Positions 39,163-50,666 of a stretch of 64,000 nt of DNA are shown here, piece by piece. Both the position numbers and the translations under genes were made by a program. This stretch comes from Selaginella moellendorffii (lineage: Eukaryota > Plantae > Lycopodiophyta): positions 134,832 to 198,831 of the forward strand of contig NW_003314311.1 in assembly GCF_000143415.4 (NCBI RefSeq). Reading direction: 5' to 3'. Position 1 is the stretch's first letter. Each line of letters starts with the position of its first letter. The notes under the pieces were generated by a model that saw only the letters and a program-made list of their open reading frames with translations, made no database searches and was not told the origin of the DNA.

Positions 39163-40355
39163 TTGGGACCGAGACCGAGACCGAGGCCAAGGCCGAGACC
39201 GAGCCCGAGCCCGAGTCCGAGTCCGAATCCGAGTCCGAGTCCGAGTCCGAGTTCGAGTCCGGAGCCTGAGAGGGTGAAAGCCCAAAGCGTTCGTCTCCCA
39301 GACCCTGGGGGGTTTGGTGAGCTCCAAAAGTATAGTAGGGGGAGGACTGCAGTGGAGCCAATTTGGCCAGGAAAGGCCAGTTTGGCCCAGGAAGGCCGGA
39401 CCCAGTGTTGGGTGATGAGCTGCCCACTGGGAAGTCCAAGACTAGAGTGAACACAAACCGACAAGCGGGGTAGCTTGGTGAAGTGTTCAAGAGCCGGCTC
39501 TAGTTCCCCCGGGAGATCGACTGGCCGATGCTCCCAGTCCAAGTGTGGGTGGCACTACCTACTTGGATACCTGGTGTGGCTCAACGGAACCCGCTCTAAG
39601 CCCATGGCTAGAGCACCCAAGGGCAGAAGGCGAGGAGAGTACCCAGGTGGCTCGCGTAAGGCCACGGTGTTCCGAAATGTTGTCCCAAAGGCCCAGACTG
39701 TGGAAAGGAAGAGGAGCAGTCCTCTGGGGTAGTGACCAAGGACACAGTCGTGTGGTGAGGAAGTCCCAGAGGACTGTGGGACTTAGTGGTCGGGCCTGTG
39801 GGTCTCGATCCAGTGGCAGTGTTGGCAAACACGGCCAGGGGCAGAAAGGGACTTAGTGGGGACTGACAGAGGGATATTGGGGAAGGCTATTCCCCTTGTC
39901 GGTGGGCATCCTAAGGATGCTAAGGAGTGGATCTGAGATGACCACTCACGGATGGTTTGCCTAGTCTTGGAGAGCCAAGACGGTGATGCAAGTGGTATTG
40001 GACTACCAGTGTGGCAAAGGTGATTGGGCATGGCCTTAGCGTAACGGGCTGCTATGTCGGTGGTACCTTTGAGTGTCAATCATAGGATCGGACACGTGGA
40101 GCACTTGGACCAAGTGCAAATGTTGAGTGGCATGGATGCCATTCTCGGGGCTAGCAAGTCCCAAGTCCTGGATTGGACTTATGGAGGTTGTGAATGAGAC
40201 TCCTCCAAGTGGTCAGAGGTGTGGTTAAGTGACTAAAGTAGAATGGAAAATTTAGTCGCTTACAAGAAACAACAATCCAAAGCAAAACAACTGACCCGGA
40301 GAAGGATGATAGTACCGCTGAGAGTACCAAAAAGGAGGTGTCCACTAGCGCTTAG
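38169..40355 (+). pseudogene. Small acidic 85-aa ORF/exon split by the solo LTR
   Basis: Removing the LTR and one TSD copy restores MASTKSVSEAEKETEKEIGEDIEY...NAPVTSE|TTIQSKTTDPEKDDSTAESTKKEVSTSA*; acceptor-like TTTTAG at ~38152. Confidence 0.4.
38341..40264 (+). mobile_element. Solo LTR of family LTR-A inserted in the DNA transposon
   Basis: TGTGAGAC...TCGCTTACA; TSD AGAAA (38336-38340 / 40265-40269); reverse-complement homolog of 16397-18185. Confidence 0.95.
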
Positions 40356-41056
40356 GCTTATAATGGCGTGTGCCCTCATGCCATTTACTTGATCACCAAA
40401 TACCTTTTTCCCTTTGCACTAGTATATCTTAATACCGGTCTGAGAAATAGAATGGCATGTGCCCTCAGGCCTTTTACTAAATCACCTTTGAAAGAAATGC
40501 AAGCCTCTATGTCGTAAAAAAAAGGTACTAGAGAAATTCCTTAATAATATAAATGTTATTTAGTTTCATGAAAATACACTAAGGGTCAAATGAGTTAAAT
40601 GACTTCTTCAGACTAGCAATGCCTCTTGCTACACCTTCACAATTAGATTCGTTAGAAAAAGATAACATTGAATAATATCTAAATGTTCTCACCATTAAGT
40701 TATATGTCTGGCTAATAGGAATGACGTTCATCTTGGAAAGCTCACCACACGCTCAATGAACAAACAAATAGTGTGTGCGCGCATGCCATCGCTCTTCTTT
40801 AGCTTCAGATTCGGCTTGTTCACCTTGACAATGAGATTTATTATACAACCAGATGGACTCAGTCTGGACATAAAGTCACCGCGCTAGTCACCATGCCCCA
40901 GATATGTCTAGCCCCTAGACAAAAAACATATAATTTCACGTCATTTTCAAATACTTGAAAATTTGTACCTAGTCCCATTTTACTGAATAAATCCCACTTT
41001 AACGAAATAGAGCATAAACTCTAGAAAAGAAAGTGGGTAAAGAAAGAAATATGTAG

Positions 41057-41650
41057 GTGTAAAGTTTGAAGATAGGTAGGAAAACCCAAACCTTGATATA
41101 AAAGAAAAAATGAAGAAAAGTGTGGAAAGAAAAAAAAATAGAAGAAAAAGAGTGAGTACCCAAAAAACTTAACCCATACCTAAATTTTGGCTCAGAAAAG
41201 TGTAATATGCAAATGCAATCTCATGATGACTTTAGGTATGCTCTAAAGATTGGCCAAAATCAAGAAAGAAAGATAGCTAGAAGAGAGGATGTATTGCCTA
41301 AAGGTGGTAAATGCAGAAATGATGAAAGATGGAGCCATATGGTGGAGTGCCGAGATGGTGGTGGTACTCTGAGAAGGTGGCCATCTCTAAAAGTGTTTGG
41401 CCTATGGTCTGATGTGTTGAATTGAAGAAAACCATAGTTGAAAAGGACAGCATTCACTAGTAAAGAGAGGTGGCATATGTCCACTGAGTGCTGGAGTAGG
41501 AGAAAGTGGCTTCAGCTTTTGTGGCCTCACCTAAGAACTCACTTAGTTGCCTTGAGTGAACAGATTCACCTGGTTGGAAGAAAGTTGCTCCAGAAAAATT
41601 AGCATCTCATCGACAAATGGTCGGAATGATATCTTGAAAATAGCAAGTCC
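41057..41650 (-). mobile_element. Decayed second copy of the Gypsy terminal region at 23898
   Basis: Colinear with 23898-24720 except for the gtaacc-repeat segment. Confidence 0.75.
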
Positions 41651-41664
41651 AATTCACTCCATGC

Positions 41665-42857
41665 TTCTATCCCTTCGTTCTTTGGGCTATACACTCGGGA
41701 GTCATTCCATGCTCTAGTGCCATCACTCCTTGGCTCCATGCTTGGGAGTTTGGCACTGTTACTTTGTTCAGTGACCTAAGGCCCTGAAACTCGGATTCCG
41801 CACCACTATCCTTTAGACATGTGGCATGTGTCACGTGGCATATGACACATGGCACATAGAGGGTTTAGGTTCTACTCCATGGTTATCTTATGGTAAATCA
41901 CCATAGAATAAAGGGTAAAAACCACGTGCGCTACAATCAAATACCTTGAATACTGCAAATACTTGGGCAAGATAATTGGATTGACAGGAGCAATAAGGCT
42001 GTAAATGTCTCTAAAGCACAACAAGAAGAGCCCTTAGCCAAAATAAATAGCCTAGAACCCTTTACCTTATCCACAAGTTGCTCAAAGTTGTCTAAAATGC
42101 TAGTGATAAAGAGAAAAAAGGTGGGGGGTTCCAAATGTATAGTAGGGAGAGTGGGTAGGTTAGGCATGGTTGACCAACCTGAGGCATAGTCTAGCTTTTG
42201 CTTGTGTGCCTGTCCTTGTTTTGCGTCTGGTTTGGGTTTAAGCCCAAGTTCTATTCCATGCTAGCTGGTGGAGTACCCATATCCTTGTGTTAGACCACTA
42301 GTATACCAAAATAGTGCCATACTCTATTTGGCTCCATTTTGCATGTTAGTTCTAGCATTGGGATGTTGGATACTCTATAACTGTTCTAAGTCGCTCTATG
42401 CTTCTGTCCCTTCGCTCTTTGGGCTATACACTCGGGAGTCATTCCATGCTCCAGTGCCATCACTCCTTGGCTCCATGCTTGGGAGTTTGGCACTATTCCT
42501 TTGTTCAGTGGCCCAAGACCCTAAAACTCAGATTCCGCACCACTATCTTTTAGATATATGGCATGTGTCACATGGCATATAACACATGGCACATAGAGGG
42601 TTTAGGTTCTACTCCATGGTTATCTTATAGTAAATCACTATAGAATAAAGGGTAAAAACCACATGTGCTACAACCAAATACCTTAAATACTACAAATACT
42701 TGGGCAAGATAATTGGATTGACAGGAGCAATAAGGCTGTAAATGTCTCTAAAACACAAAAAGAAGAGCCTTTAGCCAAAATAAATGGCCTAGAACCCTTT
42801 ACCTTATCCACAAGTTGCTCAAAATTGCCTAAAAAGTCAGTGATAAAGAAAAAAAGG
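41665..42857 (+). repeat. Direct duplication (~455 bp; 41665-42120 and 42401-42857) of an LTR 3' end plus its flank
   Basis: ctttgggctatacactcgggagtcattccatgctc ... aaaaaccac.tg.gctacaa.caaatacctt ... gtgataaaga repeated with ~736-bp period. Confidence 0.88.
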
Positions 42858-44750
42858 TTGTAAATAGAAGGAGATATAGGCCTCAAGCACATATAACTAT
42901 TGACCTTTAGGGGTAGAGTAACTATCAACCTCTTGTGGTAACCAGTAATCAGTAACTAGTAACCAATAACCTCTTTATTCTCATTCCTACTCTAGCACTT
43001 ACTTTAGTGCCAACTCCTATTCTTGTGCCAACTCCTCTACTTACTCCAGTGCCAACTCCTACTTTCCTAAGCCTGCTCCTTTTACTCCTACACCTAGTCT
43101 TACTCCCTGAAGATTACTTCTTTCCCAAGAAACTCTAACCAAAGTTTAGCCCAAAAGAGAAAAATGAGTACCCCAATCTTGATCTTTCACCATTTTTACT
43201 ATAAGGAGGTTTATTAGAAAGACCTTAGCCTCATCTACCACATTACTCCAAGAATTTGCGATAAAAATGCCTCAATATCCTGCAAGATTCAAGAAAACAT
43301 AGCCCAAAACACCAATTTTGTGGAAAAACATCTACGTATCACTAATCCAGATCAATACCAAGGCACCATTGCTATTCTCTAAAAGCCTAGGACTAAAAGC
43401 ACCTCTAGAAAAAAACAGCATGCAAAACAAAGCCCAAAGAAGCACGAATTCCTGCTACAAAGATGCCCCTATCTAGCTGGAGAAGAAAATCTTTTTACAT
43501 GCCATAAATTTGCCTATATATAGCGCCAAAAATCACCACTACTTGTAGATCTAGGCTAGATCTATAAACCCAAATACACTGTTTTGAGAAATTAGGCTGA
43601 GAATCTAGGCAAAAAAGTGAAAACCCCAAAATATTCACCAAACCTAACCAAGAAATGTTGTATCTCCTCAAATATTGCACAACTTGATGAGTGTTATACC
43701 TTGCCAGAAAGAAGAGCTTAAGACTTATCCAACATGCTCAAGATCAAGTAAAATTGCTATAAAAAGAATAAAAAATCACTCTTCAAAATGTGAGACTGAA
43801 AGGAAAAGAGAGAAACTATGCCATAGAAAGCGATGCATAGTTATGCTAAATTAATTATTTGTTAGGGAAGAAAAGGCACCTCCTCCAATGCTTGCTCAAA
43901 CATGAGAAATGCTTCAATGCTCTTCATAAATGCCCCCTTTGCCCTTCTGGGGCTAGGGTTTTATACAAGGAAGATGGGGAACATTCCAAGAATCAAAATA
44001 TTCCCTCTTTCACTCTCCCACTCTCTAAGTGGCCAAACCGTAATAGAACCAATTATGAACATCCTACTTGGTTTCCATCCCTTTTCATTTGAGCTAATAA
44101 GAAGTGGTAGTTCAAAGAAGATGTTGCCATTGTATTTGGATGGGAGCTCGCTAGCGGGCCTATACAAAAACGAGCGCAAGCCAGGAGAATTGGAAAGCAT
44201 TCCAAACAACTTTAAATATCAATGAAGTTGAAGTTGGCAGATTCTTGACTAGTGATTGGAGATCCAAAAATTTGAATCTCCTTGAACTTGGAATATTGCA
44301 AATCCCAATGCTATCCACTTTCATCCACACTCAAAAGAAGAAACTCCAATCATTCAACTACACTAATGTTATTGTGAATCATAGCTTCCAATGAAACAGA
44401 ATCGAGAAAAAAATCGAAACCTCAACAAACAAAACTTTCTGAAACAAAACTTTGGGAAAAAGAAAGCAATGGGTGATCTTGGTAATGCAAAAGAAAAACT
44501 CTCCATTTTATTGCCTTTAGGTTTTGGAAGTTTGAACTTTTATGATAAGGTCCGTCAAAAGTATAAAAAGACTATGCTGTTATACAATACTAAAATTCTA
44601 TATTGTCTTCCAATCTTTTTACCAGATTCAAAAATATGCTCAAAGTTATCATGCCAAGTATTTAGAGTTAGAATGAAAAGAAATATCACCTCAAACATGT
44701 GTCATTACTAATATGCCATTATGAAACTTAAGGATGGTTTAGGGTTTAAA

Positions 44751-45344
44751 CCCCCCCCCCCCCCCCTTCCCCCTTGAGGAACACACGCTTTGGGCTTTCA
44801 CCCCAAACCACCCTTAGTACTAAGAGTTAGTCTCTGGGACAAGCTCAAAACTTACTAAATATGGAATGGCCTTAGATTGCAAATTTGGACATGGGACGAA
44901 CACCATTGTGTTCAGGCCGACCTCTACATTCTGTAGACATGCTAAATGAGTGAATCTAGACACTTTCCATAAATAGCATTTGGGACTGAAATGAGACTAA
45001 CACAACGGGCGTGATAGCGAGCAAACACAATAAGCTATCATCCGGTGATATTGAGGGATTAGTCTCAATACGCGAGGGTTCTTGCCAAGCCAGTGCAAGA
45101 CAGAGCAAAAGAGAACTAACAAGCCGGGCCAAGTATGCTTGGCTAAATAGACACTTAAGAATTCTTTCCTTATGCTCATCCAGCCAAGTATAGATGCTAA
45201 GTCCAGTTTACTAACACTTGGACAAAAGGGGCTATTGAAGGGAACCAGCAGTACCAACCTCCTGCCGTCATGGCAGTAAAGAAAGAGTGCCCGTAAGGAC
45301 TGACCAATAAGTATCTTTTGATACCCGAAGTCACATTTGCGACA
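44751..45344 (-). mobile_element. Truncated chromovirus-family LTR
   Basis: Reverse complement starts TGTCGCAAATGTGACTTCGGG and matches 49478/58150 LTRs; breaks at the poly-G tract. Confidence 0.85.
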
Positions 45345-46109
45345 ATTCCTCTTGAAACACCAATATGCAATGAACTCTTGAGGCATGGCATGAGAGATGG
45401 AGGTATATAGCTGACAACAATGAAGTTTCCAGTAGTGATAAAGTGAGCTTATCCTTGGGAATTGGAGATGCCAGATTATGCACTAACCCATCGAGAGGTT
45501 GCAAAAGGCAACAATGAAGACATGCTGGATGACGAAGATGGTGGCCATAAGAATATTGACGCTGTTAGTGCCAATGGTGAGGAAAGTGAAAATGGTAATA
45601 AGAACGACTTGCAAGAAATTCATCAGGAGGAAGTGGAGCAAGAGAACCAAGACGTGCAAGAAGTTCTACCATGACAAAGGCGTGCAAATCCACAATTGGA
45701 GGAATTAATCAATAATAATGATAATCATCCAAAGTTTACCTGTAACCAAGGAACTTCTCAAGGTATATTTCTCTTAATTCTCTCCTATTCTTAGTTCCTC
45801 AAAATGGTTGCAACAAGAATTGTCATAAGTAACTTCATTCTAGCTTGTCTTGATGCCTAAGAAGAGGTCTTGAAGGAACTTACATTTTTAACACACCACA
45901 TGATAGTATGTAAATTTTTCTTAATTTCACATCTTAGCTTTGTCTTCTCCCTCTAAATTTACCTTGTTTCTCTAGTGGCATTCCGTGGTGAAGTTGGGAT
46001 CTTTATTGGCTCCTACAATTCATTAATGGCATCTTTCAAGTAAAATGCTGAGAATATGGCTATTTGGAAAAAGTGGGAGCACTTTTATTAAAAGATCCAT
46101 AGGTGACCA

Positions 46110-46813
46110 CTTAAGAGTATAAACTTCATGCTCTTTGATATGCTAGATGGTTTTCCAAACGCTGATGGTGATGTCCCAAGCTGGAACATCCTAACTAAAG
46201 ACCACTTAAAGGATGCATTCCTTCTGGCAATAGTTCTCCTTCACACAACTAGTCAAGTTGCCTTCATTCTCTTGAATTACCATAATTGGATGTCCTGTCT
46301 TATATGGTATGCAATGCGAGTTAACTTCAAGATGTTCTCTTCCAGATGCATCATGGATAGTGTTCAAGTCAAGACCAAAGGCATCCTATGCATACCAAAG
46401 AAGGTTAGAAATCATCTTGTATTTTGGGTTGTCTTTAAAAACTTTATTATTCAGGTTATGATGTGGATGTGTTCTATAGAAGAGAAAATGAGGGTTTCCA
46501 TGATAGTGAGCATGTTGCATGGGTTTTGCTAGGGTATGATATCTCTACTGACATCATACCAAATCTCGTAGACCACGACATCTGCAACACATTGTCTAGG
46601 TATTAATTCCAATCTCCATTGACAATGCATGTCCTACTTGAGCTTTATTGCCCAACTAAGGGTGTTGTCATCGATTGTAGAGCAGGTAATGATTCGATAG
46701 TCAAGGTAGCATATGACTTTAGTAGATCAGTATTTGCAATTGAAGAGTATAAGTTCTTCAAATGCTGTTTTAGAGGTTTTCATCCTTCTCTATCAATTGC
46801 TTCTATGACGTAA
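46110..46813 (+). pseudogene. Decayed beta-class DNA amino-methyltransferase-like remnant
   Basis: INFMLFDMLDGFP...DVPSWN (motif IV-like position) followed by LLELYCPTKGVVIDCRAGNDSIVKVA....RSVFAIE (motif X/I-like SAM-binding strand); preceded by acidic exon-like ORF 45462-45674. Confidence 0.5.
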
Positions 46814-48479
46814 TTTATGATGTTTTAAAAATTTATATGCAATATATATTTAGTTTTTTAGAAGTCTTCTTAGGTATGTATAGCATAGTATATACAATGT
46901 GAGTTTTCCCCTGAATTGAGAAGGAGTTATATAGAAAATCTATTTATCAATAATACAGTAAAAGAGAGTTGAATGCATCCACTTGCAATTAGAAAAGCAT
47001 GTCACATATCAATGTGATAATGATAGTGATAGTGACAATGTCAGTGTTAGTGATAGTGACAGCCATAGTGTCAATGTCAGAAATAGTTACAATGCTAGTT
47101 TGTCAAATTTCATAATGACAAGTATATTACCTATAGGTGATACCATTTTAAAAAAAAAAGGGCAAGTGGGAGGGATGGATAATATTATAGTGTAAGAACT
47201 ATTAATAGCTAGAAATTTAGTAGAGTGGCCTAAAAATACTATATTCAGCACTTGTGGATGTAGTATTTACTAATGGAATATTTTTCCTCACTATAAAGTG
47301 ATAATGGTTATGTGTTCTCAACTTTTTCTGGATTTTCCTATACATACCTTCCACACCAGTTCTTGGACAATTGTGACATCTGTCTTATCCAAATAAAAGT
47401 AGCATATGGGACATTAAAGATAGTATGTGTTCATTCTTTCAAAAGTTTCAATTATATCTAGAGCAAGAACTTGAAGAAACATCTGGCATCGCTCTTAAAG
47501 CACTTGAGGCAATTCATCTTTAGTAACAATATCTAGAATTATTATTTGGAAAAGAGATTTCTTGTTTAGTCACACTCGGGGTTACAAAAGGAAGAGCCTC
47601 ACAACAATTGTTGTGTGGAGGGAAGGATGGAATGTTAGTAGAAGTTTAAACAAACTAAATTTTCAATGTTGAATGCATCCCTTATTAATAACTATACTAA
47701 GAAAAGATCTAGAGGTTCTTGAAAGTTTAGATTGTCAGTATCAAAAATGGGACTTCAAAATTATAACAATGTCAGAACCTCTTGTATATATAATAATGTC
47801 TTTATACATGCCAGAATACTATCATTCTCAAAAATTTAAAATTCTTCACTTTACTCATAATGAATAAGCAAGGCTTTTTCTGCTTGTACTCATGTTCTTG
47901 CCCTTTCCTGCAAAATATTGATAAGCAAACATAGACAAGAATATAGGAGAACATAAGAAAAGAAGAAGAATGATAAGAGAATAGAATAGAACTCAATATT
48001 GAACCCCAAAGGTGTAAGTAAGGATAAGTATATATCACTTTCTCAACTCTATTTTGCACAAACAGTCATAGGCAAGAGAAAAGATGGTTAATTTAATGTA
48101 AATGCATATAATAGTGAGTGAGGGTTGTTTTTCAGCACATATAAGTGCTACTTATATACTAACCATTCCTAATTACTTTTTGCTTAAGTTGAGTTTTTCT
48201 TCTTTGGATGTCTAAGTTTATGCATAACTCCATTTTGCCTAAAGTTTCTTCTTTTATTCTGCTTGGGATGATACACAAGATAAAACATTTACCTCTTCAT
48301 TATAGCTACTATTGAATAGTCATATAATCTGACCTCTTTTTTGATGTTCCTTATTTCGTTAAAAAGGGTGTGACCCTATAAACAACTCTAATTGCTTCTT
48401 TACAGTAGTCTATCCAACCTTACTAATAGGTTTAGTTTGTTTGCTCATGAAGGTTAGGGCCTCTAACTTCTCTTTTATG

Positions 48480-49477
48480 TCACTTGCAAAAAAAGGCATA
48501 GCATCTTTTAAAAGCTAGGTGATACTCAGAGCAGCAAAGGTGGCTGACTCTATTGGTCATTTCCTTATTGATGATAGTCAGAAGTTGTTTGAGTGGTTGT
48601 GCATTTATGTTAAATAAGAAAGTTGCCCCCTAACTCATTTAATTTGGTGCATTTCTCATAAAACATGAACACTATAACCTTTCTAAGAGTTCATTCTTTG
48701 GCAATGGTCTAAATTAGAGTATACATTGACAAGGATAACAATCTTCCCTAGGGGGGGAGAGTGTTGTAAATATAATAGTAATGTTGAACCCTTTATCAAA
48801 CCCTCTAATGCTACTAGAGTTTATTGGCATTTCAAGTATACTTGGATCGGATAAGCATAATGACAAAATTTCTATGTGGTATTAACTAAATATACTTAGC
48901 CTAGTAAGGAATTCCTATCCCGTTATATCTTGCACTAACTAGTGATATAAACCCTTGTAATATTAAGCTTGGTCTCTTAATATTTTGCTATATAGTAACT
49001 TATTGTGTCTACCAAAACACCCTTGCTATCATACCCTATGTATCGGTATTAATGGCTATTTATGGAAAGTATTTAGATATATTAGTTAGGCATATCTATA
49101 GAATGTATAGATTGTTCTGAACACAATGGTATTGTTCCTATGTCCAAATTCACAATTTACCACCATTCCATATTTAGTAAAATTTTGTGATTGTCCTAAA
49201 AACTAATTATTGGGAATGAGGTGAAAGCCCAAAACATGCATTCCTCAATATTGGGGGGGGGGGGATTTCTAGATATATAGTAGAGATAGTGGGTAGATCA
49301 AGCATGGTTGACCAACTTAAGGCATAGTTTAACTCTCAATTAATGGAGTACCCATATCCTCATGTTAAGCCAATATTATGTTAAACTACCTCCAAAGTCT
49401 GTTTAGCTATATTTTGCATGTTAGTCCTAGCATTAGATGCTGGAAGCTCTAGGATTGCTCAAACATCAATCCATGCT
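48480..49477 (+). mobile_element. 3' UTR, PPT and truncated LTR (from 48762) of an older chromovirus relative
   Basis: gtg.tactcagagcagcaa.ggtggct and atcttcccta.gggggggagag|TGTTG match 57908-58155. Confidence 0.75.
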
Positions 49478-50666
49478 TGTCACGAATGTGACTTCAGATA
49501 TCGAAAGGTACTTGTCGGCTAATCCTTATGGACACTCTCTTCTTACTGCCACGACGGTAGGAGGTCAGTACTACTGGTTCCCTTTATAGTCTCCGCCCAA
49601 GCTAGTTGAGAAATTGGTCAGCACATGTGCACTTAGACCGGAAGGGCACTAAGGAAGGAAATCCTAAGTTGTCATTAAGTCAAGCATATTTGACACGGTG
49701 ACGAGAAACTCATGATGCTGACTTGCACTTACTAGTGTTGGGAACCCCCACGATAATGAGACTAATCCCTCAATATTCGCTAAATGATAGCTTACCATGT
49801 CTGCTAAACACCCTTGCTATCATGCCCTTTGTGTTAGTCTCATTTCGGTCCCAAATGCTATTTATGGAAAGTGTCTAGATTTGCTCATTTGGCATATCTA
49901 CAAAATGTAGAGATTAACCTGAACACAATGGTATTCATCCCGTGTCCAAATTCACAATCTAGTGCCATTCCATATTTAGTAAGTTTCGAACTTGTCCCAG
50001 AGACTAACTCCTGATACTAAGGGAGGCTTGGGGTGAAAGCCCAAAGCATGTGTTTCTCAAGGGGGAGGGGGCTGTGGGGGGTTCCAAATGTATAGTAGGG
50101 ATAGTGGTTGGAATGCATGTCCGACCACTTGAGACATTAGTTTGGCTCCTATTGGGTTATGTCGCTCCTTGTTCTGCATTCGGCTTGGAGCTCCACGCTG
50201 CTCTAGTCAATAGGGTACCCTCCTCCTCGCATTAGGCCACCGGTATGCCAAAATTGTGCCAGACTCCGTCTGACATCATTTTGTGTGTAGGTGCTGGATA
50301 TGGGGAGCTGGTGCTCATGGGATTGTATCGGACCCTCATTTCGTAGCATAATGGGCTTGGAGCTCAGTTCCAAATTCAGGTGCGTTATATTTGGTATCAA
50401 AGGAATTGTCTCAACGATTCCTATCCAACTTTTGTCAAATTTTTTGACTCAAGTTGCATACGCAAAGACTTTTCTAGTAGATCCAAAGCGACTTGTATCA
50501 GTCAGGAACTTTGCATCCCAATCCTTTGAGGAACGCTTTTGCAATTGGAAGGACATATCGGGACGTCCTTCGGACTTCAATGTGATATGATTTTGTCTAG
50601 CACCATAAATCCGTTTTATATATTTGTTGAAGAAGTTCATACCAAACACCATCAGGATTAGTTGGA

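Larger units (their letters stand above)
26936..40789. repeat. Dispersed 22-bp palindrome ATGGCRTG-(WGGCCW)-CAYGCCAT, ~28 copies
   Basis: Copies start at ~26936, 27011, 28253, 28444, 28585, 30057, 31315, 31375, 31452, 32208, 32343, 32502, 32581, 33431, 33503, 34118, 34216, 34286, 36133, 36190, 37532, 37678, 37838, 37916, 38029, 40363, 40452, 40768 (some degenerate). Confidence 0.93.
26657..40830. mobile_element. Large DNA transposon-like element (Sola-like transposase plus ParB/MTase-like partner gene); left end deleted, right end approximate
   Basis: Divergent gene pair; extent defined by a private 22-bp palindrome (26936 to 40789); no TIR or TSD identifiable. Confidence 0.7.

Noticed and set aside
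26936-40789. Palindromic repeats as a CRISPR array
   Set aside because: Spacing is irregular (tens of bp to kb), copies sit in introns and exons, no cas genes, eukaryotic context
40790-41056. Terminal inverted repeat/TSD of the DNA transposon
   Set aside because: The left end is deleted, so no partner sequence exists in the window; the terminus cannot be called
44735-44750. Telomere-like GGTTTAGGGTTT at an LTR breakpoint
   Set aside because: Fewer than two repeat units; could be chance
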